64,000 nt of DNA from sequence record PQ451753.1. One strand, written 5' to 3'. Under the pieces are notes generated by a model. That model saw nothing but the letters and a program-made list of their open reading frames with translations. It had not been told where the DNA came from and did no database searches. The position numbers were made by a program, and so were the translations under genes. Shown one piece after another: positions 29,797 to 38,918 of this stretch; position 1 is the stretch's first letter, and every line of letters starts with the position of its first letter.

Positions 29797-30582
29797 ATGA
29801 GCAGTTTAAAATACGCCTGTACAGCTCTTGTCGGTACCAACAAGGGTGGCGTACTAAAACCGGATGCGAACGGCTACTACCGAATGATTCTCGGAGCCTT
29901 CAACATCTACAACAGTGCTGGACTGTGGTACAACTACGAAACCAGTAAACACATCTTTGATTCTTCTTCTTCATTCATGCGTCGTATGTCTGCGGGTAAC
30001 CTTTACTCTGAAGAAGATCACCCACAATGGGTTGATGGCACTCCTCTTGATATGTACGTTGCACGTATCAAGCGTATCGAACCTAAGAACATCTGTGCTC
30101 ACATTCGTGACATTGAAGTTGTTCCGGGCGAGATGAACAAAGACGGCTCTCAAGTAATGCTGATTTACGGATCAGTGAAACCAGACCGTGAACGTGGTAA
30201 ATACCTGAAAGAAGCACTGGACAATCCTGACCAGAACGTATGCTTCTCTCTTCGTGCACTGTGTGATGATAAATACATCAACGGTCGTATCGAACGTACC
30301 ATCACTGAATTCATTACCTTTGACTGGGTTGTTGAACCGGGTCTAAACGTTGCACACAAGTACAACGCGCCGGGTCTTGAATCGTTTGCATGTGAATCTC
30401 ACGAAGAGATGCCTATACCTATTGAGGCGATTGAATCTCTTATTGCTAAGAAGGCACAAATGCAGGCTCAGGGTATCGGTCTAGAATCTGATGAAGACTA
30501 CACGCGTCTTCAAGAGATCGTTGACCGTCACAAAGCTCCTAAGAACTCAATGATTGCTAAACCAGCAGCCATGAAGTGGTAA
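29797..30582 (+). CDS. Prohead (capsid maturation) protease (phiKZ gp175 / T4 gp21-like)
   Basis: GAFN..NSAG..Y, YSEEDHP (His), CFSLRA (Ser), TFDWVVEPG (Asp); C-terminal GLE motifs resemble autocleavage sites. Confidence 0.85.
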   Translation: MSSLKYACTALVGTNKGGVLKPDANGYYRMILGAFNIYNSAGLWYNYETSKHIFDSSSSFMRRMSAGNLYSEEDHPQWVDGTPLDMYVARIKRIEPKNICAHIRDIEVVPGEMNKDGSQVMLIYGSVKPDRERGKYLKEALDNPDQNVCFSLRALCDDKYINGRIERTITEFITFDWVVEPGLNVAHKYNAPGLESFACESHEEMPIPIEAIESLIAKKAQMQAQGIGLESDEDYTRLQEIVDRHKAPKNSMIAKPAAMKW

Positions 30583-30591
30583 GGAGTACCT

Positions 30592-31284
30592 GTGTCTAGA
30601 TTAACGACTTGGATTAGAAGTCAGAATCCTAAGGTGGCTAAGTCAATGACGCCAATTAAGGATGTTGATTTCTTACATATCTCAACGAACGGTAATCTAC
30701 GAAGCATGGTTCCTCGAATTGGTCAGCGCCAATTAAAAGACGAAGACCGTACTATCCCAAGAATCTGTGGGTGTGAAAGCATCAAAGGTTGTATCTTGGG
30801 TCATAGTGCGGTTTACCACATGGTCACCAATGGTGAGTCTTTTGATGGTAATGCATGGCATGAAGGCGAAGTCCCCGTGTTCCATATTTACCGTGCTAAT
30901 GTCGAAGAGTTAGTACGTCCAACGAAAAAGCTTGTACCTGACGTAACTGTCACTAGGGAACTGTGGGTCGTTCCCTATTCTCCAGAATCGTGTAACCTCA
31001 AACCTGAAAAGGTTGGGATGTTATTACCGATACGTACTGAAGAAGTGACAGAGATGGGAACGAAGCGAATCGTCAATTCGTTCTATCTGTATTGTCGTGT
31101 CGCTATTCAATTAGATGATAGTTACTTAGAGCCAGGTTACTATTCGTTTAATATGGACGGTGATTTGACACCTTATCCAGTACCGGGAAAACCGTACGGC
31201 TTAACTGTGATATCGGTTGGGGAATGGAAAGGTAAGTATTCTGAACTGCAACGCGTTATTAAGGAACGCAAACAAGGATCATAG
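30592..31284 (+). CDS. Hypothetical protein downstream of protease
   Basis: 230 aa, GTG start with AAGGAG RBS; FLHIS...L..MVPR and EDRTIPRIC motifs. Confidence 0.65.
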   Translation: MSRLTTWIRSQNPKVAKSMTPIKDVDFLHISTNGNLRSMVPRIGQRQLKDEDRTIPRICGCESIKGCILGHSAVYHMVTNGESFDGNAWHEGEVPVFHIYRANVEELVRPTKKLVPDVTVTRELWVVPYSPESCNLKPEKVGMLLPIRTEEVTEMGTKRIVNSFYLYCRVAIQLDDSYLEPGYYSFNMDGDLTPYPVPGKPYGLTVISVGEWKGKYSELQRVIKERKQGS

Positions 31285-31346
31285 CAGTCCATCTGTGTGA
31301 AATGTCACGATGCGCAAGTTGGCGGATTAACACAAGAGGTGCGGCT

Positions 31347-31661
31347 ATGACCGAAACACATAATTTTAAAATCCCCCCAACTTTACTTAGACTGGGTACT
31401 GATGATGTCGAGGAATTGATCATGATTGGATTTGATCGCGATATTTCTCGTGATGATATCCAGCATCTAATGGACCTTAGATACCCAACGCGAAAGCGTG
31501 CGGCCAATTCAATGGTACGCTTGGTAATCCCGCATGACCTGCGGTCATTTAATCGAGAAATGGAAATCTTAAGGGACAAAGGTATTAAGAGTCATTACAA
31601 GATGTCTATTCAGTCGGAGTATAGTAGAGGGATCGTAACTATCCGAGTATTTGAGGGTTAA
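31347..31661 (+). CDS. Hypothetical protein
   Basis: GAGGTG RBS before ATG 31347 (MTETH). Confidence 0.55.
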   Translation: MTETHNFKIPPTLLRLGTDDVEELIMIGFDRDISRDDIQHLMDLRYPTRKRAANSMVRLVIPHDLRSFNREMEILRDKGIKSHYKMSIQSEYSRGIVTIRVFEG

Positions 31662-32193
31662 GCTAGTGGAACTGTTGGAATTTTATATTGACTTCGATGG
31701 ATTGGGGACTAATTGGCAGGACTATGTACTCAAAACACATTTTCCTGAGTTTAAAAACATTGAGGAGTTGAATCAACATCCTCACCGTACTGAACTTATT
31801 CGCAGTATGTATGAGCGAGAACCAAATCTGTTCCGTAATCTACCGCCGTTAATGAAGTACCAACAGTTGTTAAGTCTTTTGACTGAACATAATGTACGTT
31901 GGAATATCTTAACCGCTGTCGGTTCAGACCATCCGTGCTACCAAACTGCACGTGAGGATAAACTACATTACATTCAACATCACTTTGGTGTTGAGAGTAA
32001 TAAAGTGATCGTCTCACAAACTTCTGAAGACAAGTACCTTTACGCAAGGAAGGGAGCTGTGCTTGTCGACGACTTCAGAAGAAACTGTCGTGAATGGGAA
32101 GAGGCTGGAGGTACTGCTATCTTCGTAGAAGCGAATGTCTATTCAATTGACGATTTAATCAAACGTGTAACTAACTTAATTCACAATGCGTAA
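31651..32193 (+). CDS. HAD-family 5'(3')-deoxyribonucleotidase-like (NT5C) phosphatase
   Basis: FYIDFDG motif I; VLVDDFRRNCREWEEAGGTAI motif; start uncertain. Confidence 0.75.
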   Translation: MRVKLVELLEFYIDFDGLGTNWQDYVLKTHFPEFKNIEELNQHPHRTELIRSMYEREPNLFRNLPPLMKYQQLLSLLTEHNVRWNILTAVGSDHPCYQTAREDKLHYIQHHFGVESNKVIVSQTSEDKYLYARKGAVLVDDFRRNCREWEEAGGTAIFVEANVYSIDDLIKRVTNLIHNA

Positions 32194-32208
32194 CGATATG
32201 TATCAAAG

Positions 32209-32247
32209 GAGCTAGCGCATCAGCGCTAGTTCTTTTATTTGTTTTTT
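32209..32247 (+). terminator. Intrinsic terminator
   Basis: GAGCTAGCGC-ATCA-GCGCTAGTTC followed by a long T-rich tail. Confidence 0.8.
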
Positions 32248-32295
32248 TAAACACTTAAGGAATGCTGTGTACAAATCAAATTAAAAGGAGCAGGT

Positions 32296-32682
32296 ATGTT
32301 CAAGCCGAAAATAGATAAGGCTTCTGTCATTCACCTGAAAGATAGTCAGCTGACATTTGGTAAGGAAAACCGAACATCACGTTGGTGGGTTCGTTATGAG
32401 GGTCTAGAACAGCCTGTATGGTGTTCTGTTGAACAGAAACAGTTAATTGGACTCATTGTACAGCTAACGACTTTAAATGGCTTACGCGCGCTTAGACGCA
32501 ATGTTAGTCCGCATGAAAGATATCGTAAAGAAATCGTCGAAGGGTTGAATCATGAAATCAATGCATGTACTCGACACATTAACCGTTTGGTATCTATCAC
32601 GGACAATCGAATGGATCATAAAGTGAAGTTCATATTCGACTCCACTGAGAACATCACCACATTAGACGGATGGGCAGCCTAG
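32296..32682 (+). CDS. Hypothetical protein
   Basis: 128 aa with AAGGAG RBS. Confidence 0.65.
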   Translation: MFKPKIDKASVIHLKDSQLTFGKENRTSRWWVRYEGLEQPVWCSVEQKQLIGLIVQLTTLNGLRALRRNVSPHERYRKEIVEGLNHEINACTRHINRLVSITDNRMDHKVKFIFDSTENITTLDGWAA

Positions 32683-32698
32683 CCCCATCCCAAGATTC

Positions 32699-32721
32699 TT
32701 CAGGTATATTTCATTGAAGTG
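32699..32721 (+). promoter_or_regulatory. Putative phage (early) promoter motif, copy 1
   Basis: TTCAGGTATATTTCATTGAAGTG; near-identical motif at 45945, 50238 and 58064. Confidence 0.6.
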
Positions 32722-32817
32722 AAGAACTGCTATAAAAATACATGGCAGTATATTGTTTGCTGAGAAGAATCAGTAGAACTCACGTTAACGTTAAAACATC
32801 ATAAAGGAAAAACTACA

Positions 32818-33255
32818 ATGGCTAAACTAAATGAACAAGCACAAGCAATCTTTGACCGTCTTGGTGAAGTTTCTTTCGACAGCAATCACGTACCATCAGT
32901 AGGTACTCCAAACGCTGTAACTGAAACTATGAAAGAGAAGGCGAAGGTTACTGACGAACAGCTTGACATTCTAGCTAGCGTAATCACTGACGGCTCTGCT
33001 GCGGTTACTGCTAAACTTGGTGACCCAATGATTCGTCGCATTCAAGAAAACGAAGATTTGGCAAATCTAGATTTCGACCTTGACACTCCTATCGTTCAAC
33101 TTGGCCTAAGCGTATCACGCCCAAGCAAAGAAGACGGTAAAGAAATCACACGTGAACAATATCGTGCAAACATTGGTGCGCGTGTTACTGTACGCGGCCT
33201 TGACTCAACTAACGAAGTTGCGGACGAACTCGCTAGCATGTGGGAAGGCTTGTAA
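32818..33255 (+). CDS. Hypothetical protein, probably highly expressed
   Basis: 145 aa; AAAGGAA RBS; strongly biased codon use; follows the promoter motif. Confidence 0.75.
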   Translation: MAKLNEQAQAIFDRLGEVSFDSNHVPSVGTPNAVTETMKEKAKVTDEQLDILASVITDGSAAVTAKLGDPMIRRIQENEDLANLDFDLDTPIVQLGLSVSRPSKEDGKEITREQYRANIGARVTVRGLDSTNEVADELASMWEGL

Positions 33256-33321
33256 GTAGCACAACCTGACGGTAGGTAACCCCTACCGTCAACCTATTCC
33301 TTTTTATTTGGAGATACTAAA

Positions 33322-33600
33322 ATGGCAGAAACAAACGTAGGCGTTTCAGTAGACGTGGCATTCCTAGTCCTAACGCTGGTAATGACTGAGAAGTCAATGG
33401 GTGAACGTGACGACACCATGCGCTCGGATATCGTTGATGATATTCAAGAAGAACTTCAATGCGATGAAGAGACTGCAAAAGAAAAATTCAATGAAGTACA
33501 CGAACGTGCAGTAAGTTCACTAAATGAGTTTAGCGACATCTTTGAAGGTGACGTTGACTTTAACGAAATCGGTGAAGAGGACGAAGACGATGCCGAGTAA
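33322..33600 (+). CDS. Small very acidic protein
   Basis: 92 aa, D/E-rich, GGAG RBS. Confidence 0.7.
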   Translation: MAETNVGVSVDVAFLVLTLVMTEKSMGERDDTMRSDIVDDIQEELQCDEETAKEKFNEVHERAVSSLNEFSDIFEGDVDFNEIGEEDEDDAE

Positions 33601-33880
33601 AGATATTGCATTTCTACGCACTACTCAGATTGCGAAAGAAGATGTCTATCGTAAAATTCCTGCTGAGAAAAAAGGTGAGAAGGCGACTGAAGAACTGGTC
33701 TGCTACAAAGGTGAGCCTAATCCTGAAACTTCGGTTTACACAGGTCCTTGGATTCGTAAAGATTTGAAGAAGTGGATTGACCACGCTTACGATACGAATG
33801 GTGACTACAACACCGAATGGTTATTGGTTGAAGAAGACGATCTCCCTGAAGATTTTGTCGACACCAATATCCTTCAGTAA
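33590..33880 (+). CDS. Hypothetical protein
   Basis: ATG 33590 (MPSKD) overlaps the previous stop; GAGG RBS. Confidence 0.65.
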   Translation: MPSKDIAFLRTTQIAKEDVYRKIPAEKKGEKATEELVCYKGEPNPETSVYTGPWIRKDLKKWIDHAYDTNGDYNTEWLLVEEDDLPEDFVDTNILQ

Positions 33881-33894
33881 TCAATTCTAAAATC

Positions 33895-33921
33895 GAGGTG
33901 GCTTAGGCTACCTCTTTTTTT
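33895..33921 (+). terminator. Intrinsic terminator
   Basis: GAGGTGGC-TTAG-GCTACCTC followed by T7. Confidence 0.8.
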
Positions 33922-33934
33922 GTGGGAGTTCAGT

Positions 33935-34153
33935 ATGTCTGAATACAAAAAGGTTTCAACAACAAACACACGTTACATCAATGGTCAATACGGTGCGGCT
34001 GTTGTAGGTGAACAACGTAGTCCTGAAATGATGGAGCTTCTAAGAAAGGTCGGTAAGTCGAAGCCAAACCTTAAATCAAACGAGTCGCTATTCAGCGATG
34101 GGTTTATTATTATCAAACGGGAGAAGATCGATGGAAACGAAAATGATTGCTAA
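33935..34153 (+). CDS. Small GQYG-motif protein 1
   Basis: RYINGQYGAAVV; GGGAG RBS before ATG 33935. Confidence 0.7.
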   Translation: MSEYKKVSTTNTRYINGQYGAAVVGEQRSPEMMELLRKVGKSKPNLKSNESLFSDGFIIIKREKIDGNENDC

Positions 34154-34334
34154 TGCCGTAATTACTAAATACAGCGGTGGGCAGTATGGCGCAAGTGTTA
34201 TTTCAGACCAACCCCTCACCAATGAAGAACTTGAAGAGTATCGTAAGTCTGCACAGTACGGTAATGGTCGAAAGGTAACTAGCGCATACTACGAATCTAA
34301 CGAGGTGGTTATCGAAGGTAAGTCCTATGAGTAA
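34131..34334 (+). CDS. Small GQYG-motif protein 2
   Basis: KYSGGQYGASVI; GGGAG RBS before ATG 34131. Confidence 0.7.
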   Translation: METKMIANAVITKYSGGQYGASVISDQPLTNEELEEYRKSAQYGNGRKVTSAYYESNEVVIEGKSYE

Positions 34335-34351
34335 ATTAGTAGGAGTGAGGT

Positions 34352-34564
34352 ATGGATGTAAAAAACTTCGGGGCGCGTAGAACGGCCACTAGGTTTATGG
34401 GTGGTCAGTACGGGGCGGCGATTTCTTCTAAGAAGCCATATACTGAAAGTCAAATGAACGACTTGCGTAACTCTGTCACACGTCGTGACGGAAAGCTTTT
34501 ACTATCGTCGATTTATCTGATGTCTGAAAAATCTGTAACTTTGATGGCGGTATCAAATGGGTAA
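34352..34564 (+). CDS. Small GQYG-motif protein 3
   Basis: RFMGGQYGAAIS; GAGG/AGGAG RBS. Confidence 0.7.
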   Translation: MDVKNFGARRTATRFMGGQYGAAISSKKPYTESQMNDLRNSVTRRDGKLLLSSIYLMSEKSVTLMAVSNG

Positions 34565-34757
34565 TGAAAAAGCACCAATCGAGAAGTCCTTGGATGAAGG
34601 CTACAAATATGCAGGTAAGGTAATCAAGGGCAACGGACAGTATGGTCTTGCAGTAGTAACGCGTGATAAACCACTGTCGAAAGAGTTCATAGATGAGACA
34701 CGTGAAGAAGTGATCTCCAAAACTCAGCCCATTAACTATGAGTTTGGACGTTTCTAA
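34557..34757 (+). CDS. Small GQYG-motif protein 4
   Basis: IKGNGQYGLAVV; start overlaps the previous stop. Confidence 0.7.
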   Translation: MGNEKAPIEKSLDEGYKYAGKVIKGNGQYGLAVVTRDKPLSKEFIDETREEVISKTQPINYEFGRF

Positions 34758-34769
34758 AAGTGGTATCTC

Positions 34770-34979
34770 ATGAATCTACTCGGAAGTACAAAGGTGATGG
34801 CAATATACGTCAAACACCGCAGTGGTCAGACTGGCATAGCCATCTGTTCCAAAGTTCCTACTGGTGACGCTGGTAAGGATGAAATCAAAAAAGCAAGAGC
34901 TATTCTCGGTCGCGAGTTGAAAGGTAAGCGTGGTGACAAACACGTTGAATTCAACTACGGGACTTGGAATGGCAGTTGA
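34770..34979 (+). CDS. Small GQYG-like protein 5
   Basis: KHRSGQTGIAIC variant motif. Confidence 0.65.
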   Translation: MNLLGSTKVMAIYVKHRSGQTGIAICSKVPTGDAGKDEIKKARAILGRELKGKRGDKHVEFNYGTWNGS

Positions 34980-34982
34980 CAC

Positions 34983-35029
34983 AAAAAAGACGAGAGTGGC
35001 TTACGCCACCCTCGCTCTTTATTTTTTTT
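34983..35029. terminator. Bidirectional intrinsic terminator
   Basis: CGAG.GTGGC-TTAC-GCCAC.CTCG with A-tract and T-tract, between convergent genes. Confidence 0.8.
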
Positions 35030-35031
35030 GT

Positions 35032-35880
35032 TTAGACTTGCTCAGACGCAGCTGCATCAGCGTAGTCGTGGTAACCAACCTTAGTTGCTTCCACGTCAGC
35101 ATCGATTTCAGATGCGAACGACTTACGAGTCATTGGGTTCAGACCAGAACGGTTTAGACGGTCAAGGTCTTCTTGTGCAAACAGCTTAACGCCGTAAGAA
35201 CATTGTTGTAGAGAAGTGAAGCCGATGCCCATCTCTACAGTTTCACCCGGAGCTTCAAGGTCTTTACGACCATCGTCAGGACCATTCAAACGTGGAGCCA
35301 TGTTGGTACATAGCCATGCGTTTTGAACGTAACGGTGAAGCGGGTCTGGCTCGTAGTACAGTACCGTAGCACAGTACAAGTCAGGAAGAGCATCACCAAC
35401 TTCTTCACTTAGTAGTGAAACAAGTGGTACCTGAGCAGCAGGGTCTTGCATACCGTAACGTAGCCAGAAATCTAGCAGCGTCTTGTACACTTGGCCGTAC
35501 TTATCAGTCACAGTGTGAGTGATTTCAGATTGCTCTTCAGAAACCTTAGTCAGGTCGAACTGGCGGTGGCCAGCTGCACCGATTGCAGTTTCTGCGAATT
35601 CAGCAGTAAGCGCTTTGTTCAAGCCATCCACTTTAGAGTGAACTTCGAAGAACGTTTTGATAGCGCGACGGAAGACATCTGGAGCTTCCATGTACTGAAC
35701 CCAACGAGGAAATTCAATAACGCGTACGATAACATTACGTTTAACGTAGTGAGCGTTCTGAATGTATTTCCCTTGGTTAACAAGCGGACCCATTTGTCCG
35801 CCTTCCAGTGCATTAACCATCGGGGCTGTTGAGTGGACGGCAAAGTTGCCATCCATCATGCGGTCTTTCAAATCAGCCAT
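35032..35880 (-). CDS. Tail tube protein (phiKZ gp30-like)
   Basis: 282 aa directly downstream of the sheath gene; size and synteny. Confidence 0.75.
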   Translation of the reverse strand: MADLKDRMMDGNFAVHSTAPMVNALEGGQMGPLVNQGKYIQNAHYVKRNVIVRVIEFPRWVQYMEAPDVFRRAIKTFFEVHSKVDGLNKALTAEFAETAIGAAGHRQFDLTKVSEEQSEITHTVTDKYGQVYKTLLDFWLRYGMQDPAAQVPLVSLLSEEVGDALPDLYCATVLYYEPDPLHRYVQNAWLCTNMAPRLNGPDDGRKDLEAPGETVEMGIGFTSLQQCSYGVKLFAQEDLDRLNRSGLNPMTRKSFASEIDADVEATKVGYHDYADAAASEQV

Positions 35881-35884
35881 TTAA

Positions 35885-37927
35885 TTAGCCCTCTTGGAAA
35901 CGGTGTGCCACGATAGTAGTCTTGAAGACAGTCTTCATTACTGCACCGTAGACGTGGATCTTGATCGAGATAGAGTTGCCGTTTGCCTTATCTTCCGCAG
36001 AGAAGTACGGTTCAAAGTCTAGGTTAACAACACCATCGTAACGACCTTCGGTCTTGATGATAAGCTTGTCACGAACCATCTTAGCGATTTGGCTATCGGT
36101 CATGTCGGACACGCCAGACATTTCCGCCCATACCTGCTCAGATAGGTACTCAAGGTTACCAATGATTGGTGCGATCAACCAGTTGTTCAAGATAGAACGG
36201 TCTTCGTCGTACACTGTGTACAGTGCCGGGAAGTGGTAACGCCATTGGTCAAATGAACGCAAGCTGATCAAACCTGCTTCCCAATCAGATACGTAAACTG
36301 GGAATGGCTTGTAATCCAAGTTGAAGTCGAAGCCTTCAGTGATTACAGTTAGTTCACCGCGAGAGAACTTGTTACGTGACAAGAACTTGCCTTGAGACGA
36401 ACCAGCGTACTTAGAGAACTTAGATGCAAGTGAGTAAGACACAGGCACACGCTCTTTGTATTGGCTGTTGTTCAAGTACATGCTGTGACCAACCAAGTGA
36501 CCACGCATACACGCAGTACCGTACTTGGTAGACTCAGGAAGCGCACGCAACATCGCTGATAGAGCAATCTTCATTGCTTCTTCAGTTTGCATTGTGTTAA
36601 TGCCTTGGTCATATACGTGAGTACATAGAACCAAGTTGGTGTTCTTCATGCGACCGATGTAGTTGGTCAGTGCTTCTTTGGTATCGGTTGAGAAACCAGA
36701 ATCCCATAGGAAGCTTGATGGGTACTTCAGTAGGTTTAGGTAGTTAACCGTACCTTCACCGAAGTTGATCATCTCTTTACGGACTAGAGCATCGAATGTA
36801 TCGTTGGTCATAGTACCGTCAGAACCGCCGAGTAGGTAATGAGTGTGTGAGTCAGTTAAGATCTCGCCACCTTCAGTGCCGTCATCAACGTGCAGACCAT
36901 TATATGGATTACCATACAGGTCTAGACCGGAGAAGATATCCACCATGTAAGGGTTTGTTAGCGTATCGTCATCCTTGATGAAGCTTTGTGCCTTAGTAAG
37001 CACTAGCTCAAGGTTGCTACGGTACACGTACATATCCTGAACTGGACCAAGTTGTGGGATGTAACCCGGATCAGGGTTCATATCGCGGTAAGCCGCAAGT
37101 GCCACATCTTCGAAATCTAACTCAGTACGCATTGGACGGTAGTACGCTTCTGGTTTGAACGAGAAGAATACTGAAGTCTGGCCATTCACTGTACGAGTGA
37201 TTGACGGCGACATACCCGGAACTGTTTGGTCTACAAATTGTAGAGTCAGTAGACGACCGCCTACTTCCATAGCGTAGTCAGCTGGAACTGGAGTCATAGA
37301 CTTCTCGTTACCACAAGACAGACGCAGACCGAAGTCATTTGGTTTCGCACCAGGGTATGGCGCAGGCATATCCAAGATTGGGTAAATCTTAGACTTAGTG
37401 CCAGCAGCGTTAGTCAATGTACCATCAAAGATGTTACCTTGCTTGAACTGTCCAGCTTCGTCAGAGAACTTACCGAAGTGCCATGCGATTAGCAGGCCAT
37501 CGATTTGTCCTTTAACTTTTGGTGCACCGTTTTCGTACAACACAGAACCGTCTGCGTTACGCTCATAGTCAGGAACCTTAGTTTCTAACACTTCAGCGTA
37601 CAGACGTAGAGATGCTGTTGCAGCATCATCTGGAACCAGACGTTGAACCATGATTTCATTCGCATTGCGGTTGAATAGTTCAAGGTAAGGTGTGTTGAAA
37701 GTTGTGTACTTGTTCTTAAGTCCAACGACTTCGTCACCGTACATAGCTTTCAGATTGTCCCCAGAAACAACATAAGCGTTGTTAGGGTCACCCTTCGGGC
37801 TGAATGTAAACATCAGCGGAAGGTGAATAGGAACCCCTGCTTGTGTAAGTACTTTTTCTGGTACTGACTGATCGTCCGTACCGTACTTCACGTTCTGAGG
37901 AGTACCATTCTTGATGATTTCAGACAT
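35885..37927 (-). CDS. Contractile tail sheath protein (phiKZ gp29-like)
   Basis: 680 aa; PIHLPL...F..KG N-terminus, YP.SFLWDSGFS..TK motif; divergent from the terminase block as in phiKZ-like phages. Confidence 0.85.
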   Translation of the reverse strand: MSEIIKNGTPQNVKYGTDDQSVPEKVLTQAGVPIHLPLMFTFSPKGDPNNAYVVSGDNLKAMYGDEVVGLKNKYTTFNTPYLELFNRNANEIMVQRLVPDDAATASLRLYAEVLETKVPDYERNADGSVLYENGAPKVKGQIDGLLIAWHFGKFSDEAGQFKQGNIFDGTLTNAAGTKSKIYPILDMPAPYPGAKPNDFGLRLSCGNEKSMTPVPADYAMEVGGRLLTLQFVDQTVPGMSPSITRTVNGQTSVFFSFKPEAYYRPMRTELDFEDVALAAYRDMNPDPGYIPQLGPVQDMYVYRSNLELVLTKAQSFIKDDDTLTNPYMVDIFSGLDLYGNPYNGLHVDDGTEGGEILTDSHTHYLLGGSDGTMTNDTFDALVRKEMINFGEGTVNYLNLLKYPSSFLWDSGFSTDTKEALTNYIGRMKNTNLVLCTHVYDQGINTMQTEEAMKIALSAMLRALPESTKYGTACMRGHLVGHSMYLNNSQYKERVPVSYSLASKFSKYAGSSQGKFLSRNKFSRGELTVITEGFDFNLDYKPFPVYVSDWEAGLISLRSFDQWRYHFPALYTVYDEDRSILNNWLIAPIIGNLEYLSEQVWAEMSGVSDMTDSQIAKMVRDKLIIKTEGRYDGVVNLDFEPYFSAEDKANGNSISIKIHVYGAVMKTVFKTTIVAHRFQEG

Positions 37928-38018
37928 GGGTAGTCTCCTGTCTACTGATAAAAAATTACGACATCACGTCATATGTATTTACTTAAACTTCAATACTTAT
38001 ACTCAGAGGATAACCACA

Positions 38019-38915
38019 ATGAGTCTACAAACTGCTTATGATGCAAAAATCATTAAGGGATTTCCGGTGTCTGAGATTAAACTCAACATCGAAAAAGCGT
38101 CCCTAAGTGACAAATGCCATGAAGCCACAAACTCGGTTTCATACGTCACTGAAGCTCAGGACGTTCCTCCTTTCCCGTATCCGATTTACGACATAGAGTC
38201 CAATAAAGCATTTGTTGACTCTCGTCCATATAGTTCACTAGAACGTGACGGAAGTATTAAAATCCGAAACATGCTAGATGAAAAATTAAATCTACTACTG
38301 GCGAAGTTGGAAATTTCATGGGTGCAAAACGATCGTCCAGACAGCGCACAACGCGCTTTCGCGATGTCGTCTGAAGTCATGGTTCGTTGGTTGACCAACA
38401 TCATCTCCCACAAATATGGGCTTGCACCTTACCAAAAGTCCCGACTAACCGCCTTAGCAGCAATGTTTTCGGTCGGACAATTTTATAACAACATTGAAGA
38501 TTTGCTCACGGTAGAACGTCATCTTCAAAGTATTTCCCGTAACTTCCCAGTTCACCACGATACTGTAAAAGAAGTGGCAGAGCGAGTAGAAAATCATTTC
38601 CCTCGTGATGTGGAAGAATTCATTGAAGCGATGAACAAAATGGATCTAGGTCCACGTCTTCGTAACTTTAATACCAAAGAACTGTACAACGCACTTAATG
38701 GTTCTTGGTGGGCAAATGCTAACGCACCAACCTTTGTTGCTATCGCTTTGGAATACCCACCTGCGATGGCAGTGCTTGTGCAAATGGCAATTGAAAACAC
38801 GATGTACAAACGTACGCAAATCGGTTCAGTCGTTTATGACATGAATCGTGGCAGTAACTTTGCTAACCACACTCGTGCAATCAGCCTGTTTATTGATCAA
38901 TTCAATCAGGAGTAA
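38019..38915 (+). CDS. Virion structural protein (phiKZ gp28-like)
   Basis: GAGGA RBS before ATG 38019; synteny between sheath and terminase. Confidence 0.65.
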   Translation: MSLQTAYDAKIIKGFPVSEIKLNIEKASLSDKCHEATNSVSYVTEAQDVPPFPYPIYDIESNKAFVDSRPYSSLERDGSIKIRNMLDEKLNLLLAKLEISWVQNDRPDSAQRAFAMSSEVMVRWLTNIISHKYGLAPYQKSRLTALAAMFSVGQFYNNIEDLLTVERHLQSISRNFPVHHDTVKEVAERVENHFPRDVEEFIEAMNKMDLGPRLRNFNTKELYNALNGSWWANANAPTFVAIALEYPPAMAVLVQMAIENTMYKRTQIGSVVYDMNRGSNFANHTRAISLFIDQFNQE

Positions 38916-38918
38916 ATA

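Noticed and set aside
34930-35157. Sixth member of the GQYG array
   Set aside because: No motif; the ORF runs through the terminator and overlaps the tail tube gene on the opposite strand
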